From the NCBI RefSeq assembly GCF_009914755.1, contig NC_060935.1: a DNA stretch of 64,000 nucleotides. One strand, 5' to 3'. This document shows, piece by piece, positions 1 through 14,200 of the stretch. The DNA is from the human T2T-CHM13v2.0 reference genome, Homo sapiens. Position numbers and translations under genes: made by a program. Numbering within the stretch: the first letter of the stretch is position 1; each line of letters opens with the position of its first letter. Below the pieces are notes generated by a model. That model did no database searches and was not told where the DNA came from. It worked only from the letters and a program-made list of their open reading frames with translations.

Positions 1-385
1 GGATATACAAATAATGGAACCACTTAGGAAAATTGTTAAGTGTTATCTTCTGAAGTTCAGCAGTTACATACCCTATAGCTTGGCAATTCTATACCCACAC
101 TTAACCTCCAGAAACTTGGATATGTTTAGCACTGCTCTTTAGACTTAACAAGGATGCTCATAGTAGTAAATGTTCACATTAGTAAATCTTGAAAACAAGC
201 CAGATATATGTAAGAGTAAGTGAATTAACTGATAAATACATACACAGGAACAGTAAACTGTCATCAGAAAGGATGACTATAGTAATGAGTGGATGAATCT
301 TAGCAATGTTGTGGTATGTAAAAAAGGAAATCCCAAGACAACATAAAATATGCATTTCCACAAAGTAAGTAAAATTTAAAAATAT
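1..385 (+). mobile_element. Ancient L1M-type LINE 3' fragment
   Basis: Degenerate match to the L1 ORF2-end/3'UTR motif series (ggaaaattgtt...catacccta tagcttggcaattctatacc; gtggatgaatcttagcaatgttgtgg). Boundaries approximate. Confidence 0.55.
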
Positions 386-386
386 A

Positions 387-444
387 GCCAAGGCAGGTGG
401 ATCATTTGAGGCCAGGAATTTGAGACCAGCCTGAGCAACATGGC
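387..444 (+). mobile_element. Alu left-arm fragment
   Basis: gccaaggcaggtggatcatttgaggccaggaatttgagaccagcctgagcaacatggc matches the Alu left-monomer B-box region. Confidence 0.85.
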
Positions 445-676
445 TTGGCTTACCACAACCTCTCCCTCCTGGTTCCAGTGATTGTCCTGCCTCAGCCTCC
501 TGAGTACTTGGGATTATAGGCATGTGCCACCATACTGGGCTAATATTGTATTTTTAGTAGAGACAGGGTTTCTCCATTGTTGCTCAGGTTGGTCTCGAAC
601 TCCCAACCTCAGATGATCCACCCACCTTGACCTCCCAAAATGCTGAGATTACAGGCATGAGCCACTGAGCCCGGCC
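445..676 (-). mobile_element. AluS-like element lacking its 3' end and poly(A)
   Basis: Reverse-strand Alu (gcctcagcctcctgagta...tgtatttttagtagagacagggttt...gagccactgagcccggcc ending at 676). Confidence 0.9.
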
Positions 677-910
677 ATTAGCACTCATTCCTAATCTCCA
701 ACAACTATTAGGCTACAACTGTTCTTAAAAATTGTTATTGTTATCTTAAAAATTGATAAAGGACCCACTGTGGTCCTTTATCTTGCACTTCTATGAGCCA
801 TCTAAGAAAGTGAATTTAAATGATATCTTGTGGCTGTATAACTCCTTTAGGCATAGTTTGTTGTATAAAGTTAATGTAATTTCAAAAATTTTGTGTTTGT
901 GTTTTAATAG

Positions 911-1067
911 ACTGACTTCCTTTTGATAGTACTGCGTGATGTGTTTCAGGCTTATCCTGAAGTTCACATTGTTCTTATGTCTGCTACTATTGATACCAAC
1001 ATGTTCTGTGAATATTTCTTCAATTGCCCCATCATTGAAGTTTATGGGAGGACTTAACCAATTGAAG
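911..1067 (+). pseudogene. DHX9: DHX9-like pseudo-exon A (motif III, SAT)
   Basis: AG at 909-910, GT at 1068. Translates TDFLLIVLRDVFQAYPEVHIVLMSATIDTNMFCEYFFNCPIIEVYGRT*PIE, with TAA at 1055-1057. Confidence 0.93.
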
Positions 1068-1517
1068 GTAATATTGTGGGGGTGGGATAGGAACATCTTT
1101 TGTGCAGTAGGGTTTGGATTTTCTTAATCCTGGAAATTGGAGTTATAATTTAAAGAATACTTAAAATACAGGAAAAATTACAGTATCAGATGTATCATAG
1201 CATTTTTGAGGAGCTTCTTGTCTGTGATTTTATACAGTAGTGAGTACAGTCTGAGAAGTGAGACCAGGTTTCATTTACTACTTGAGTAGTTTGCATATCC
1301 AGTAAGTTTCCAGGCGTTTACTTATAAAGCCAAACTTTTAAAAATTATAATGAATAGTCAAAGGGAAATAACTGTGGTATATATGTAATTATGGGAATTA
1401 CTCTTAAGAGTTTAAGCAGCCAGGATCAAATTAAGAATACTTTTTAGAGCCTGAGCAACTAGATTTTGAATTAAGATTAAGGGAAGTATGTCAAGGTTAT
1501 ATATTTCTGATAAGTGA

Positions 1518-1828
<311 letters not shown>

Positions 1829-1949
1829 TTCTTTACTGTCTTTAGGAGTTGTTATCACAGTTTCCTAGGATAGTCATCTGGTAGCTTTGGGGAAAAAAAA
1901 TGAATTATGGCACATTCAATTGAGGGCATGAAAATAAGAGAGAAACAGT

Positions 1950-3230
<1,281 letters not shown>

Positions 3231-3740
3231 GGAGTCTTTGGATATAGAGGGTGTTTCAATTATAAAGACATTCTGGGGCCATCTGAGAATCTTGGGCATA
3301 ATTGATCAACAGATCTTCCAGTCCTTGCATTGAGATCCTTCTTCAGATTAACTAGAAGCCATTTTATGTGTGCATACTGATAGAGGAAGGATAGACTGCG
3401 GTATATTGTTTTATTTAAGTTACTACTTTCCATGTACAACTCCAACACAATGGAAGTGTACAGATAAGTGTTTGGTTGAATGTTATACACAGAGGATACC
3501 CCAACTGGCTCTGTGGGAACATGTGTAAAAGATACTTCACCTTCCTTCAAGGTCTAAGAGAGGGAAACACTGAGTTTGGTTAGGAAAATAAGGTTATTAC
3601 TACTGGAATTTTTTGGCATTTGTGAGGAATCAGACTAGAGAGGTATTAAAGTAGTTTTGAACTATGAATTAGCAAATGAATTTGAGTCTGCTCCATTGTG
3701 AAAGTTGATAGTACTTACCTGACTGGATCGTCCCTGGCAG

Positions 3741-3841
3741 AATATTTTCTGGAAGACTGCATTCGGATGACCCACTTTGTTCCTCCACCAAAAGACAAGA
3801 AGAAGAAGGATAAGGATGATGATGGTGGTGAGGATGATTAT
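3741..3841 (+). pseudogene. DHX9: DHX9-like pseudo-exon B
   Basis: cag|aatattt...gattat|gtaagt; translates EYFLEDCIRMTHFVPPPKDKKKKDKDDDGGEDDY. Confidence 0.93.
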
Positions 3842-4149
3842 GTAAGTGAATTTCATGAAGAATTTCCATTGTGGGCAAATTGTCAATGCAGAGAAAAAAG
3901 GAGTTAATATAACATGCAACTTATTAGCATTACAGAAGATTTTTAAAAAACTGACTATAATGTCTGCCTTTGGATTAATTGATGTATTTTACTGCAAAAA
4001 ATTACAGGTTCAGTGGCAAGCTGTTTTCTATCACGAGTTAAATTATTTCTGGCATAAAAGTCAAAAGAAAAAAAAGAAAGAATACAATGTTTAAAGGCCA
4101 GGCATGGTTACAGACAACACCATTGCATAAAGTTTTGCTACTCAGTATT

Positions 4150-4287
4150 TTCAGTAGGCTGCAGAACCCGGCAAACTGGTAGAAAGGCAGAATCCTGTGC
4201 CCCACCCTAGATCTACTGAATCAGAATTTATGTTTTAACAAGATACCCAGGTGATCTGTATGTACAATAAAGTTTATAAACAGCAGC
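4150..4287. mobile_element. MER5-like hAT-Charlie DNA transposon remnant
   Basis: cagaatcctgtgccccaccctagatctactgaatcagaa...ttttaacaagatacccaggtgat is the characteristic MER5 motif. Confidence 0.7.
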
Positions 4288-4898
4288 TATAGCTTCAGCT
4301 ACAGGAGACTGGAGATGACATTATCAGGTGGACGGAGTATTAAATCAGGGAGCAAAGAGGGATTTCCTAGGAGAAACAGGAAAGAAAAGACCTATATTGT
4401 AGTGCTTGAGAGTTGGACAAACGGTAGTATAAAAATGGATGGTTTATCTGGAAATAGACAGCCAGCAATGCAGAATTTGCTTGAAAACTTAAGATTGTAT
4501 CTTTTTAATCAAAAGATCTGAAGATGTAAGTGAACAGCAGATTAGAAAATTTAGCAGGAAAAAGACCATTTGTAACAACTGTTTCTCAACTTGTTTTATC
4601 ATTGATTCTAATGTAAACTTTTTGGAAAAATGCTACATTATTTCACTAATATTAAGAAAGAAGTATACTCCTTAGAAGGCTCCATGAGAGGTTTGAGTCA
4701 AATTTAAAATTTGTGCTTGAGTTTTAGTCCTATCCTGTGAGAAATACTAGTTAGTAGAAAAGTTCAGTATATTAATGTAAGCTCTACATTTTTGGAAATT
4801 AAATTTCTCTGTATTCTGTAGTGTATGACCAGTCAACTAGAATAAATAACGACATTACAAGTCATTAGAGTCACTAGAAGAAATCTAGAAGACTTACC

Positions 4899-4953
4899 TC
4901 ATGAGCTGTAGTAACTGTCATGAGCTGTAGTAACTGTCATGAGCTGTAGTAAC
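4899..4953. repeat. Perfect 19-bp tandem repeat, about 2.9 copies
   Basis: tcatgagctgtagtaactg at 4899-4917 and 4918-4936, partial copy at 4937-4953. Confidence 0.95.
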
Positions 4954-4988
4954 AGACAGTCCAAAATATGTCTCCCTGTTTTTTACAG

Positions 4989-5133
4989 GAAAATTGCAAC
5001 TTGATCTGTGGTGATGAATATGGTCCAGAAACAAGGTTGAGCAGGTCTCAATTGAACGAAAAGGAAACTCCCTTTTAATTCATCAAAGCTCTACTTAAGT
5101 ACATTGAAACTCTTAACGTTTCCGGAGCTGTTG

Positions 5134-5164
<31 letters not shown>

Positions 5165-5224
5165 TGCCTGTCTGGAATTTGATTTATACTGTGAAGAAGC
5201 ATTTGGAAATGAATCCACATTTTG
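4989..5224 (+). pseudogene. DHX9: DHX9-like pseudo-exon C (motif IV region)
   Basis: Translates ENCNLICGDEYGPETRLSRSQLNEKETPF*FIKALLKYIETLNVSGAV..(GTTTT)n..PVWNLIYTVKKHLEMNPHF. AG at 4987-4988, GT at 5225. Confidence 0.93.
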
Positions 5225-5412
5225 GTATGAGTCTTTAAATTCTCACATATTTGAGAGTGAAAATGAATGTTTTTGCTAGTGCCTTAGCCAGTATGTGAAA
5301 ACAAAATTTTGTGTTGTCAATACTTTCGAAGAAAAAAAATATGTACAACGGAGAGCTGTTTGAAACCAGTTCCTATTTTTAGTCCCTGATTGTTCTGTAC
5401 TGTTATATATGG

Positions 5413-5507
5413 GAAGCCATCAGTACCAGATTCTACTTCTGCATTCTCAGATTCCTCCAGAGCAACAGCGCAAAGTGTTGGATCCAGTACCAGTTGGAGT
5501 AACCAAG
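5413..5507 (+). pseudogene. DHX9: DHX9-like pseudo-exon D
   Basis: Translates SHQYQILLLHSQIPPEQQRKVLDPVPVGVTK. Donor GT at 5508; acceptor reads GG instead of AG. Confidence 0.9.
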
Positions 5508-5792
5508 GTAAATATTAAACATTACAATGATGGGATTGGAAGTGATGTTGATATTAAACAAATGTTACAGGTCTTCAAAGAGCTACCCAAAAAATCGTAA
5601 CCCATCTAAATTGAGGAAGAAAAAAGGAGTCTTCTCTTTCTGAGCTTAGTAGATTGTTCATTAATTGGTTATTGGGTGATTTTCTTAGGACTTCTGTAAT
5701 TTTCTTGTCATTTGTTACATACATAAGCAAACCAGTCGTTTCAAGTACATAATAAGAATATTATCTGGAGTGTAATTTTTCTTTCTTCACAG

Positions 5793-5866
5793 GTTATTTT
5801 TTCCACAAATATTGCTGAAACAAGCATTACCATAAATGATGTTGTTTATGTCATTGGCTCCTGCCA
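5793..5866 (+). pseudogene. DHX9: DHX9-like pseudo-exon E (motif V)
   Basis: Translates VIFSTNIAETSITINDVVYVIGSC. AG at 5791-5792, GT at 5867. Confidence 0.93.
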
Positions 5867-7010
5867 GTTAGTTACTGGGAAACCTATTTACCTGTTCCAG
5901 TATTACCAACTGGAAACTTCTTACCAGTTAACAGAATGAAAAACATCTTATTTTTAAACTCCTGTGTTCTTATATCTCCAAAACTATTGTGCATCTACAT
6001 AGAATTATAGGTAATTGATAATTAAGAGTAATTATTTGTGTTGATTACTGCAAATAAGTTATGGTAGAAAGTGACAAAGCTTGAAATGGTAACTGATGAT
6101 TACTTCTCATTGTTCTTGGCTGCTGGTATTTCACTTATTTCCCATTGGGTGTTTCCATTGATCACTGCCATACTATAGCATGCTGTTTGATGAATAAAGA
6201 TGACCAGTGTTTAACACATAACAAATATCCTACTTTGAAGGACACTCCTTTAAGGATTAAAGGTCTTCATTTTGGTATGAGATGAGCCTGGAAAATATAC
6301 CAGGAGGCATTATGTGTAGATACATAGATGTGTAGATACATAGATTAGATGGTAATTGATAAATTGAAAGGACAAAAAAGTTGAAACTTGGTTATATCTG
6401 GCCAACTTGTGCCCCAAGATATCTCTATATAATCCCTTAGTCTGTCCTGACAATGAAAACAATTTGCTGCCAACATCTATTTTAGGAAATGGTGAATAGC
6501 ATTCTGTGCCAATCCCAGTAGTTTAGTGGCAACTGTCTCTGTATGTAACATTGAAGGAATCTGAGGTTGCTTGGGAATTCAAAAGGACCACGTAGGCATC
6601 ACTAAATATAGATATCCTAAAATTTACACTGAACTTTTGAATAGAGATGACTTAAATAATTATTTTCTTTTGTGTATGTGCCATATTCCATTTAAATGCT
6701 TTGCATTTGTTAATTTACTTAATGTTTACAAAAAAAACTCTATAAGGTAGCTAATGGCATGGAAAGTTTGACCAAGGCAGTTCAGCTGGTAAGTGGCAGG
6801 TGGATGTTACATTGCCTTTTAGTAGGTTGACAAATAGGAGTGTGCAGTCAAATTGCTGATTCTTATTGTGTCATTCATGAATAGTCACCACATGTAGGTA
6901 TGGCTTTAACTACATAGTGGAAAGCATTCACTACTTAGTGGATTAGTGGATATATCATAGTTATTGATAATACACACGAGTCTTAGAATTAACCACTCTT
7001 TCCTATGTAG

Positions 7011-7163
7011 GCAGAAAGTAAAACTCTTCACTGCTCACAACAATATGACCAACTATGCTAGAGTACAGACATCATAAACAAACCTTGAGCAGTGGAAAGG
7101 GTGAGCTGGCCGAGTACGTCCCGGATTCTGCTTTCACCTCTGCAGCCAAGCTCGTTTTGACAG
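7011..7163 (+). pseudogene. DHX9: DHX9-like pseudo-exon F (motif VI)
   Basis: Translates [48 protein letters not shown]. AG at 7009-7010, gtaagt at 7164. QRKGRAGR is altered by CpG-type changes (TGG, TGA). Confidence 0.93.
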
Positions 7164-7439
7164 GTAAGTCCAATTCTTGACATTTAGTAAGGGATTTTCT
7201 TCTGTTCCATTTTTTGTCGTTCTGTTCTCTGTAAGAACAGACATGTGCAGTTATGTAAACCTGCCAATTTAAGCTGATCTAAGTCTTGCCAGTCATGTTG
7301 GAATCAGGTGTAAATGTTTCTTAAGAATCTTCATCACAAATCATTTTAGAGAATAAGCCAGAATTAGAAACATAGAGACCTAGATTTTAATATTATATGT
7401 GCCTAATACATTGTATAACACTAAATGGTTACTGTTTAG

Positions 7440-7628
7440 GCTTGAATTTCCCTCATTCTATAAAATAGTAAGTTACTTAACTTCTCTTCTTTCCTCAGTT
7501 GTAAAAAGAATATGGTAAATAATGCCTAAACCACAGGGTTGCCCAAGAATTAAATGAGTTAATAATGTAAAATACTTTGAACATACTCTGGCACATCATG
7601 ATCTCCCAATAAATGTTTGCTATTGTTA
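7440..7628 (+). mobile_element. MIR SINE remnant
   Basis: aagttacttaacttctc...cagggttg...aattaaatgagttaataatgtaaa...tggcacat...caataaatgtttgctatt matches the MIR core and 3' end. Confidence 0.75.
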
Positions 7629-7634
7629 ATTTAT

Positions 7635-7842
7635 AGAGGTCAAATATCTCCTTTAAAACTGAAATGCTTGGGAGCAGGAGTGCTTTTTTATTTTTTATTT
7701 TTTATTGTAATATTTGAATTGTATTTACAAGTCAGGCATCCCTAATCTGAAAATATGAAATCTAAAATGCTCTAATGAACATTTCCTTTAAGTGTCATGT
7801 CAGAAGTCAAAAAGTTTTGGATTTTAAAGAGTTACATCTGTA
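7635..7842. mobile_element. Tigger4a/MER46-like DNA transposon remnant
   Basis: gaaatgcttgggagcagg...gcatccctaatctgaaaat...aaatgctctaatgaacatttcctttaagtgtcatgtc...caaaaagttttggattt. Confidence 0.7.
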
Positions 7843-8212
7843 ACAGTGATTCTAGTGGCAATAAAATTACATGAACTAGAAAGGTGGGGACGTTGTAGAG
7901 AAATCTTAGTATGAGTTATCATCCTGCAAAAAGTCTTGCTGTTGTTTTCAACCCATGTTTGTCAACAGGCAAGGCCTGAAGAGACCATGGATGGAGCTAA
8001 TAAATTCGGGATTTTGGATATTTTTTTCACTTTTCTTCTCAGCTTAAAAGGTCAACAAGTTGTGAGGATAAGTCAGAAATCGCTATGCAACCAGATTAAA
8101 TTTTGTCCACAGTGTGTATAGTGAATGAAAAAAGGTTTGATGGTAATTGTAAAATAAAAGGATGAGGAAAGGGAAGCTCTGTATCCCTGATTACCATGCT
8201 GCAAAAACTTTA

Positions 8213-11200
8213 TTGGAAACAATGTTTTTGTAGAATCTGCAAAAGGACATTAGGGGGCGCATAGAGATCTATGCTCAAAAAGAAAATATTTTCAGATATA
8301 AACTAGAAAGAAGCTTTCTGCAAAACTGCTTTGTGATGTTTGCGTTCATCTCACAGTGTTAAAAATTTCTTTTCATTCAGCAGTTTGGAAAAACTGTTTT
8401 TGTCCATTCTGCAAATGGACTTTTGGGAGCTCTGTGAGGCCAAAGGTGAAAAAATGAATATCCTAGGATGAAAAATGGAAGGAAGCTATCTGAGAAACTG
8501 CTGTTTGATGTGTGCATTCATCTCACTAAGTTAAACTTGTCTTTTCATTCAGCAGTTTGGAAACATTGTTTTGGTAGTATCTGAGAAGGGTTGTTTGGGA
8601 GGACTTTAAGGCCTAGTGTGAAGAAGAAAACATCTTCAGATAGAAACTCGAAAGTACCTTTCTGAGAAAATGCTTTGTGATGTGTGCATTCATCTAACTG
8701 AGTTAACCTTTCCCTGAATTCAGCAGTTTGGAATCAATGTTTTTGTAGAATCTGTGAATGGATACTTGAGTGCTCCTTAACACAAATGATGAAAAAGTGA
8801 ATATCCCGGGATAAAAACTAGAAGGAAGCTATCCGAGAAATCACTTTGTGATGTGTGTATTCGTCTCACAGAGTTAAACTTTCCTTTTATTCAGCAGTTT
8901 AGAAACACTGTTTTGGTAGTATCTGAGGAGGGTTATTTGGGAGCACTTTGAGGCCCAGTGTGAAGAAGGAAATATCTTCAGATAAAACCTAGAAAGTACC
9001 TTTCTGAGAAACTGCTTTGTGATGGGTGCATTCATCTGAGAGAGTTAAACTTTTATTTGGATTCAGCAGTTTGGAAACACTGTTTTTGTCTATTCTGCAA
9101 ATGGAGACTGCTGAGTTCATTGAGGCCAATGGCAAAAAAGTGAATAGCCCAGGATAAAAACTAGAAGGAAGCTATTTGAGAAACTGCATTGTGATGTGTG
9201 CATTCATCTCACAGAGTTAAAGTTTTCTTTCAATTCAGCTGTTTGGAAATACTGTTTTGGTAGATTTCTCAAAGGGATATTTGGGAGCACATTGAGGCCT
9301 ATGGTGAAAAGGAAATATCTTCAGATGAAATTAGAAAGAAGCTTTTGAAGAAACTGCTTTGTGATGTGTGCATTCACCTAACAGAGTTAAACTTTTTTTG
9401 GATTCAGCAGTTTGGAAACCCTGGTTTTATCCATCCTGCAAATGAAAGTTTTTTAGCTCATTCATGCCAAAGGTGAAAAAGTGAATATAGCAGAATAAAA
9501 ACTAGAAGGAAGCTATCTGAGAAGCCGCTTTGTGATGTGTGCATCCATCTCACAGTGTTAAAGCTTTCTTTCCATTCAGCAGTTTGGAAACACTTTTTTT
9601 GTAGAATCTGTGGAGGGATATTTGGGAGCACATTACGGCCTACATTGAAAAAGGAAATATCTTCAAATAAAAACTAGAAAGAATATTTCTGAAAAACTGC
9701 CTCATGATGTATGCATTCATCTCACAGAGATAAACCTTTCTTTGGATTCAGCAGTTTGGAAACACTGTTTTTGTCCATTCTGCAAATGGACATTTGGGAG
9801 CTCATTTTGGTCAATGGCAAAAAGTGAATATTCCAGGATAAAAACCAGAAGAAAACTATCTGAGAAACTGCTTTGTGATGTGTGCATTCATCTAGCAGAG
9901 TTAAACTTTTCTTTTCATTCAGCAGTTTGTAAATACTGTTTGGTAGAATCTGTGAAGGGATATTTGGGAGCACCTCGAGGGCTATGGTGAAAAGGAAAAT
10001 ATATTCAGATAAAAATTAGAAAGAAGCTTTCTGAGAAACAGCTTTGTGATGTGTGAATTCATCTCACAGAGTTAAACCTGTTTTTGGATTCAGTAGTTTA
10101 AAGACACTGTTTTTGTAGAATCTGTGTAGGGATATTTTGGAGTCACTGAGGCCAAAGGCGAAAAAGATAATATCCCAGGGTAAAAACTGGAAGGAAGGTA
10201 TCTGAGAAACTGCTTTGTGATCTGTGCATTCATCTCTCTGAGTAGAAGTCTTCTTTTCATTCAGCAGTCTGGAAATACTGTTTTGGCAGAATCTGTGAAG
10301 GAATATTTGGGAGTGTATTGAGGCCAAAGGTGAAAAAGTGAACATACCAGGATAAAAGCTAGACGATACCTATCTGATAAACGGCTTTGTGATGTGTGCA
10401 TTCAACTTGCAGAGTTAAACTTGTCTTTTTATTCAGCAGTTTGGACAAACTCCTTTTTAGAATCTACGAGGGGTTATTTTTGAGGGCTTTGAGGACTATC
10501 ATGAAAAAGGAAATATCTTCAAATAAAAACTAGAAAGAAGCATTCTGAGAAACTGCTTTGTGATGTGTGAATTCATCTCAAATAGTTAAACCTTTCTTTG
10601 GATTCAGCAGTTTGGAAACTCTATTTTTGTTCACTCTGGGAATGGACATTAGGGAGCTCCTTGAGGCCAAAGACAAAAGAGTGAATATCCCAGGATAAAA
10701 CATAGAAGGAAGCTATCTGAGTAACTGCTTTATGCTCTGTGAATTCATCTCACTGAGTTAAACCTTTCTTTTCATTCAGCAGTTTGGAAACACTGTTTTG
10801 GTAGAATCTGTTAAAAGATATTAGAGAGCGCTTAGAGGCCAATGGTGAAAAAGGAAATAACTTCAAAGAGTAGAAAGAAGCTTTCTGAGAAACTGCTTTG
10901 TGATGTGTCCATTCAACTCACAGAGTTCAACCTTTCTCTGGATTCAGCAGTTTGGAAATACTGTTTTTTTCCATTCTGTGAATGGAGATTCCTGAGCTCA
11001 TTGAGGCCAAATGTGAAAAGGCAAATATCCAAGGATGAACACTGGATGGAAGCTATCTGAGAAACTGCTTTGTGATGTGTGCATTCATCTCGGAGAGTTA
11101 AATCTTTCCTTTCATTCAGCAGCCTGAAAACACTGTTTTTGTAGATTCTGCAAAGACATATTTGTGAGCACAATGGGGCCTATCGTTAAAAATGAAATAT

Positions 11201-14200
11201 CTTCAGATAAAAACTAGAAGGAAGCTTTTTGAGAAACTGCTTTGTGATGTGTGCATTTGTCTCACAGAGTTAAACCTTTCTTTGGATTCAGCAATTTGGA
11301 AACAGTTTTTGTAGAATCTACAAAGGGAAGTTTGGGAACTCATTGAGGTCAAAGATGAAAAGTTGAATATCCCTAGATAAAAACTAGATGGAAGCTATCT
11401 GAGAAACCACTTTGTTATGTGTGCATTCATCTCGCATATTTAATCCTCTCCTTTCATTCAGAAGTTTGGAAACACTGTTTTTGTTGAATCTGGAAGGGAT
11501 ATTTGAGAATGCATTCAGGCCTGTGGTGAAAAAGGAAATATCTTCAGATAAAAAATTGAAAGAAGCTTTCTGGGAAACTACTTTATTATATGTACATTCA
11601 TCTGACAGATGTCAATCTTTCTTTGGATTCAGCAATTTGGAAACACTGTTTTTGTAGAATCTATGAAGGGATGTTTGGGTACTCATTGAGGCCAAAGATG
11701 AAAAATCGAATATCCCAGGATAAAAACTAGATGGAAGCTATCTGAGAAACAGCTTTGTTATGTGTGCATTCATCTCACAGAGTTAAACATTTCTTTTCCT
11801 TCAGCAGTTTGGAAACATTGTTTTTGTAGAATCTGAAGGGATATTTGAGAGCACTTTCAGGCCTGTGGTGAAAAAGGAAATATCTTCATATAAAACATTG
11901 AAAGAAGCTTTCTGAGAAACTGCTTTGTGATGTGTGCATTCTTCTGACGTATGTCAACCTTTCTTTGGATTCAGCAGTTTGGAAACATTGTTTTTGTCCA
12001 TTCCACAAATGGACATTTGAGAGTTTAGTGAGGCCAATGGTGAAAAAGTATCCCCAGATAAAAACTAGAAGAAAGCCATCTGAGAAACCACTTTGTGATG
12101 TGCTAATTCATTTCACAAAATTAAACCTTTCTTTTCATTCAGCAGTTTGGAAACAGTGTTTTTTTAGAATCTGGGAAGGGATGTTTGGTAGATCACTGAG
12201 TCCATAGGTGAAAAAGTGAGTATCCCAGGATAAAAAATAGAAGGAACTTATCTCAGAAAATGCTTTGTGATGTGTTCATTTATCTCACAGAGTTAAACTT
12301 TTCTTTTAATTCTGTAGTTTGGAAACACTGTCTTGGTATAATCTGTGAGGCAATATTTGGGAGCGCATTGAGGCCTATGGTTAAAAAAGAAATATCTTCT
12401 AGTAAATATTAGCAAGTAGCATTCTCAGGAACTGTTTTGTAATGCGTGTATTCATCTCACACAGTTAAACCACTGTTTGGATTCAGCAGTATGGAAACCG
12501 TGTTTTTGCAGAATCTATGAAGACATATTTGAAAGCTCCTTGAGGCCAAAGGTGAAAAAAGAGAATATCCCAGGATAAAAACTGGAGAGAAACTTTCTGA
12601 GAGACAGCTCTGTGATGTGTGCATTCACCTCACAGAGTTCAACCTTTCTTTTTATTCAGCAGTTAGGAAACACTACTTTTGTAGAATCTGTGAAGGGATA
12701 TTTGGGAGTTTATTGAGGCCTATGGAGAAAAAGAGAGATATATTCATATTAAAACTAGAAAGAAGCTTTCTGAGAAACTGCTTTATGATGTGCGCATTCA
12801 TCTCACAGGTTTAAACTTTTCTTTGGAATCAGTAGTTTGGAAACACTGTTGTTGTCCATTCTGTGAATGGATATTTGGGACCTCATTGAGGCCCATGGCA
12901 AAAAAGTGAATATTCCAGGATAAAAACTAGAAGAAAGCTATCTGAGGAACTGCTTTGTGATGTGTGCATTCATCTCACAGAGTTAAACCTTTCTTTTCAT
13001 TCAGCAGTTTTCATTCTTTTCATTCAGCAGTTTTTAAACACCTTTTTTTGTAGAATCTGCAAAGGGATATATGGGAATTCACTGAGGCCAAAAACCATAA
13101 AAGCAAATATCGCAGGATGAATACTAGAAGGAAGCTATTTGAGAAACTGCTTTGTGATGTGTGCATTCATCTCTCAGAGTTGAAACTTCCTTTTCATTTA
13201 GCAGTTAGGAGACACTGTTTATATAGAATCTGCAAATGGATATTTGGGAGTGCATTGAGGCCTATGATGAAAGAGGAAATATCTTCAGATAAAAACTAGA
13301 AAGAAACTCTCTGAGAAACTGTTCTGTGATGTGTTCATTCATCTCACATTGTTAAACATTTCTTTGGATTCAGTAGTTGGGAAACACTGTTTTTGTCCTG
13401 AATGGATATTTTGGAGCTCATTGAGGACATAGGCAAAAAAGAGAATACCCCAGGATAAACATTGAAAGAAGCTTTCCGAGTAACAGCTTTTTGATATGCG
13501 CATTCATCTCACAGAGTTAAACCTTTCTTTTCTTTCAGCAGTTTGGAAACACTCTTTTGGTAGAATCTGCAAAGGGATATTTGGGAGTGCATTGAGGCCT
13601 AGGGTGAAAAAGGAAATATGCACAGAGAAAAACTAGAAAGAAGGTTTCTGAGAAACTGCTTTGTGATGTGTGCATTCATCTGACAGAGTTCAACACTTGT
13701 TTGAATTCAGCAGTTTGGAATCACAGTTTTTGTAGAACATGTGAAGGGATATTTGGGATCTCATTGATGCCAATGGTGAGAAAATGAATATTCCAACATA
13801 AAAACTAGAAGGAATGTATCTGAGAAACCACTCTGTGAGGTGCGCATTCATCTCACAGAGTTAAACCTTTCTTTTAATTCAGCAGTTTGGAAACTCTGTT
13901 ATGGTAGAATCTGAGAAGGGATATTTGGGTAGTATTGAGGACTAGGGTGGAAAAGGAAATATCTTCAGTTAAAATCTAGAAAGAACCTTTCGGAGAAACT
14001 GCTTGGTGATATGTGCATTCATATCACAGAATTAAACATTTCTTTGGATTCTGTAGTTTGGAAACAGTGTTTTTGTCCATTCCCTGAATGGATATTTGGG
14101 AGCCCATTGAGGCCAATGGTGAAAAAGCGAATATCCCAGGATAAAAACTCGAAAGAATCTATCAGAGAAGCCACTTTGTGATGTGTGCATTCATCTAGCA

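Noticed and set aside
12991-13034. 21-bp direct duplication within a monomer
   Set aside because: An ordinary slippage-type event with no further structure.
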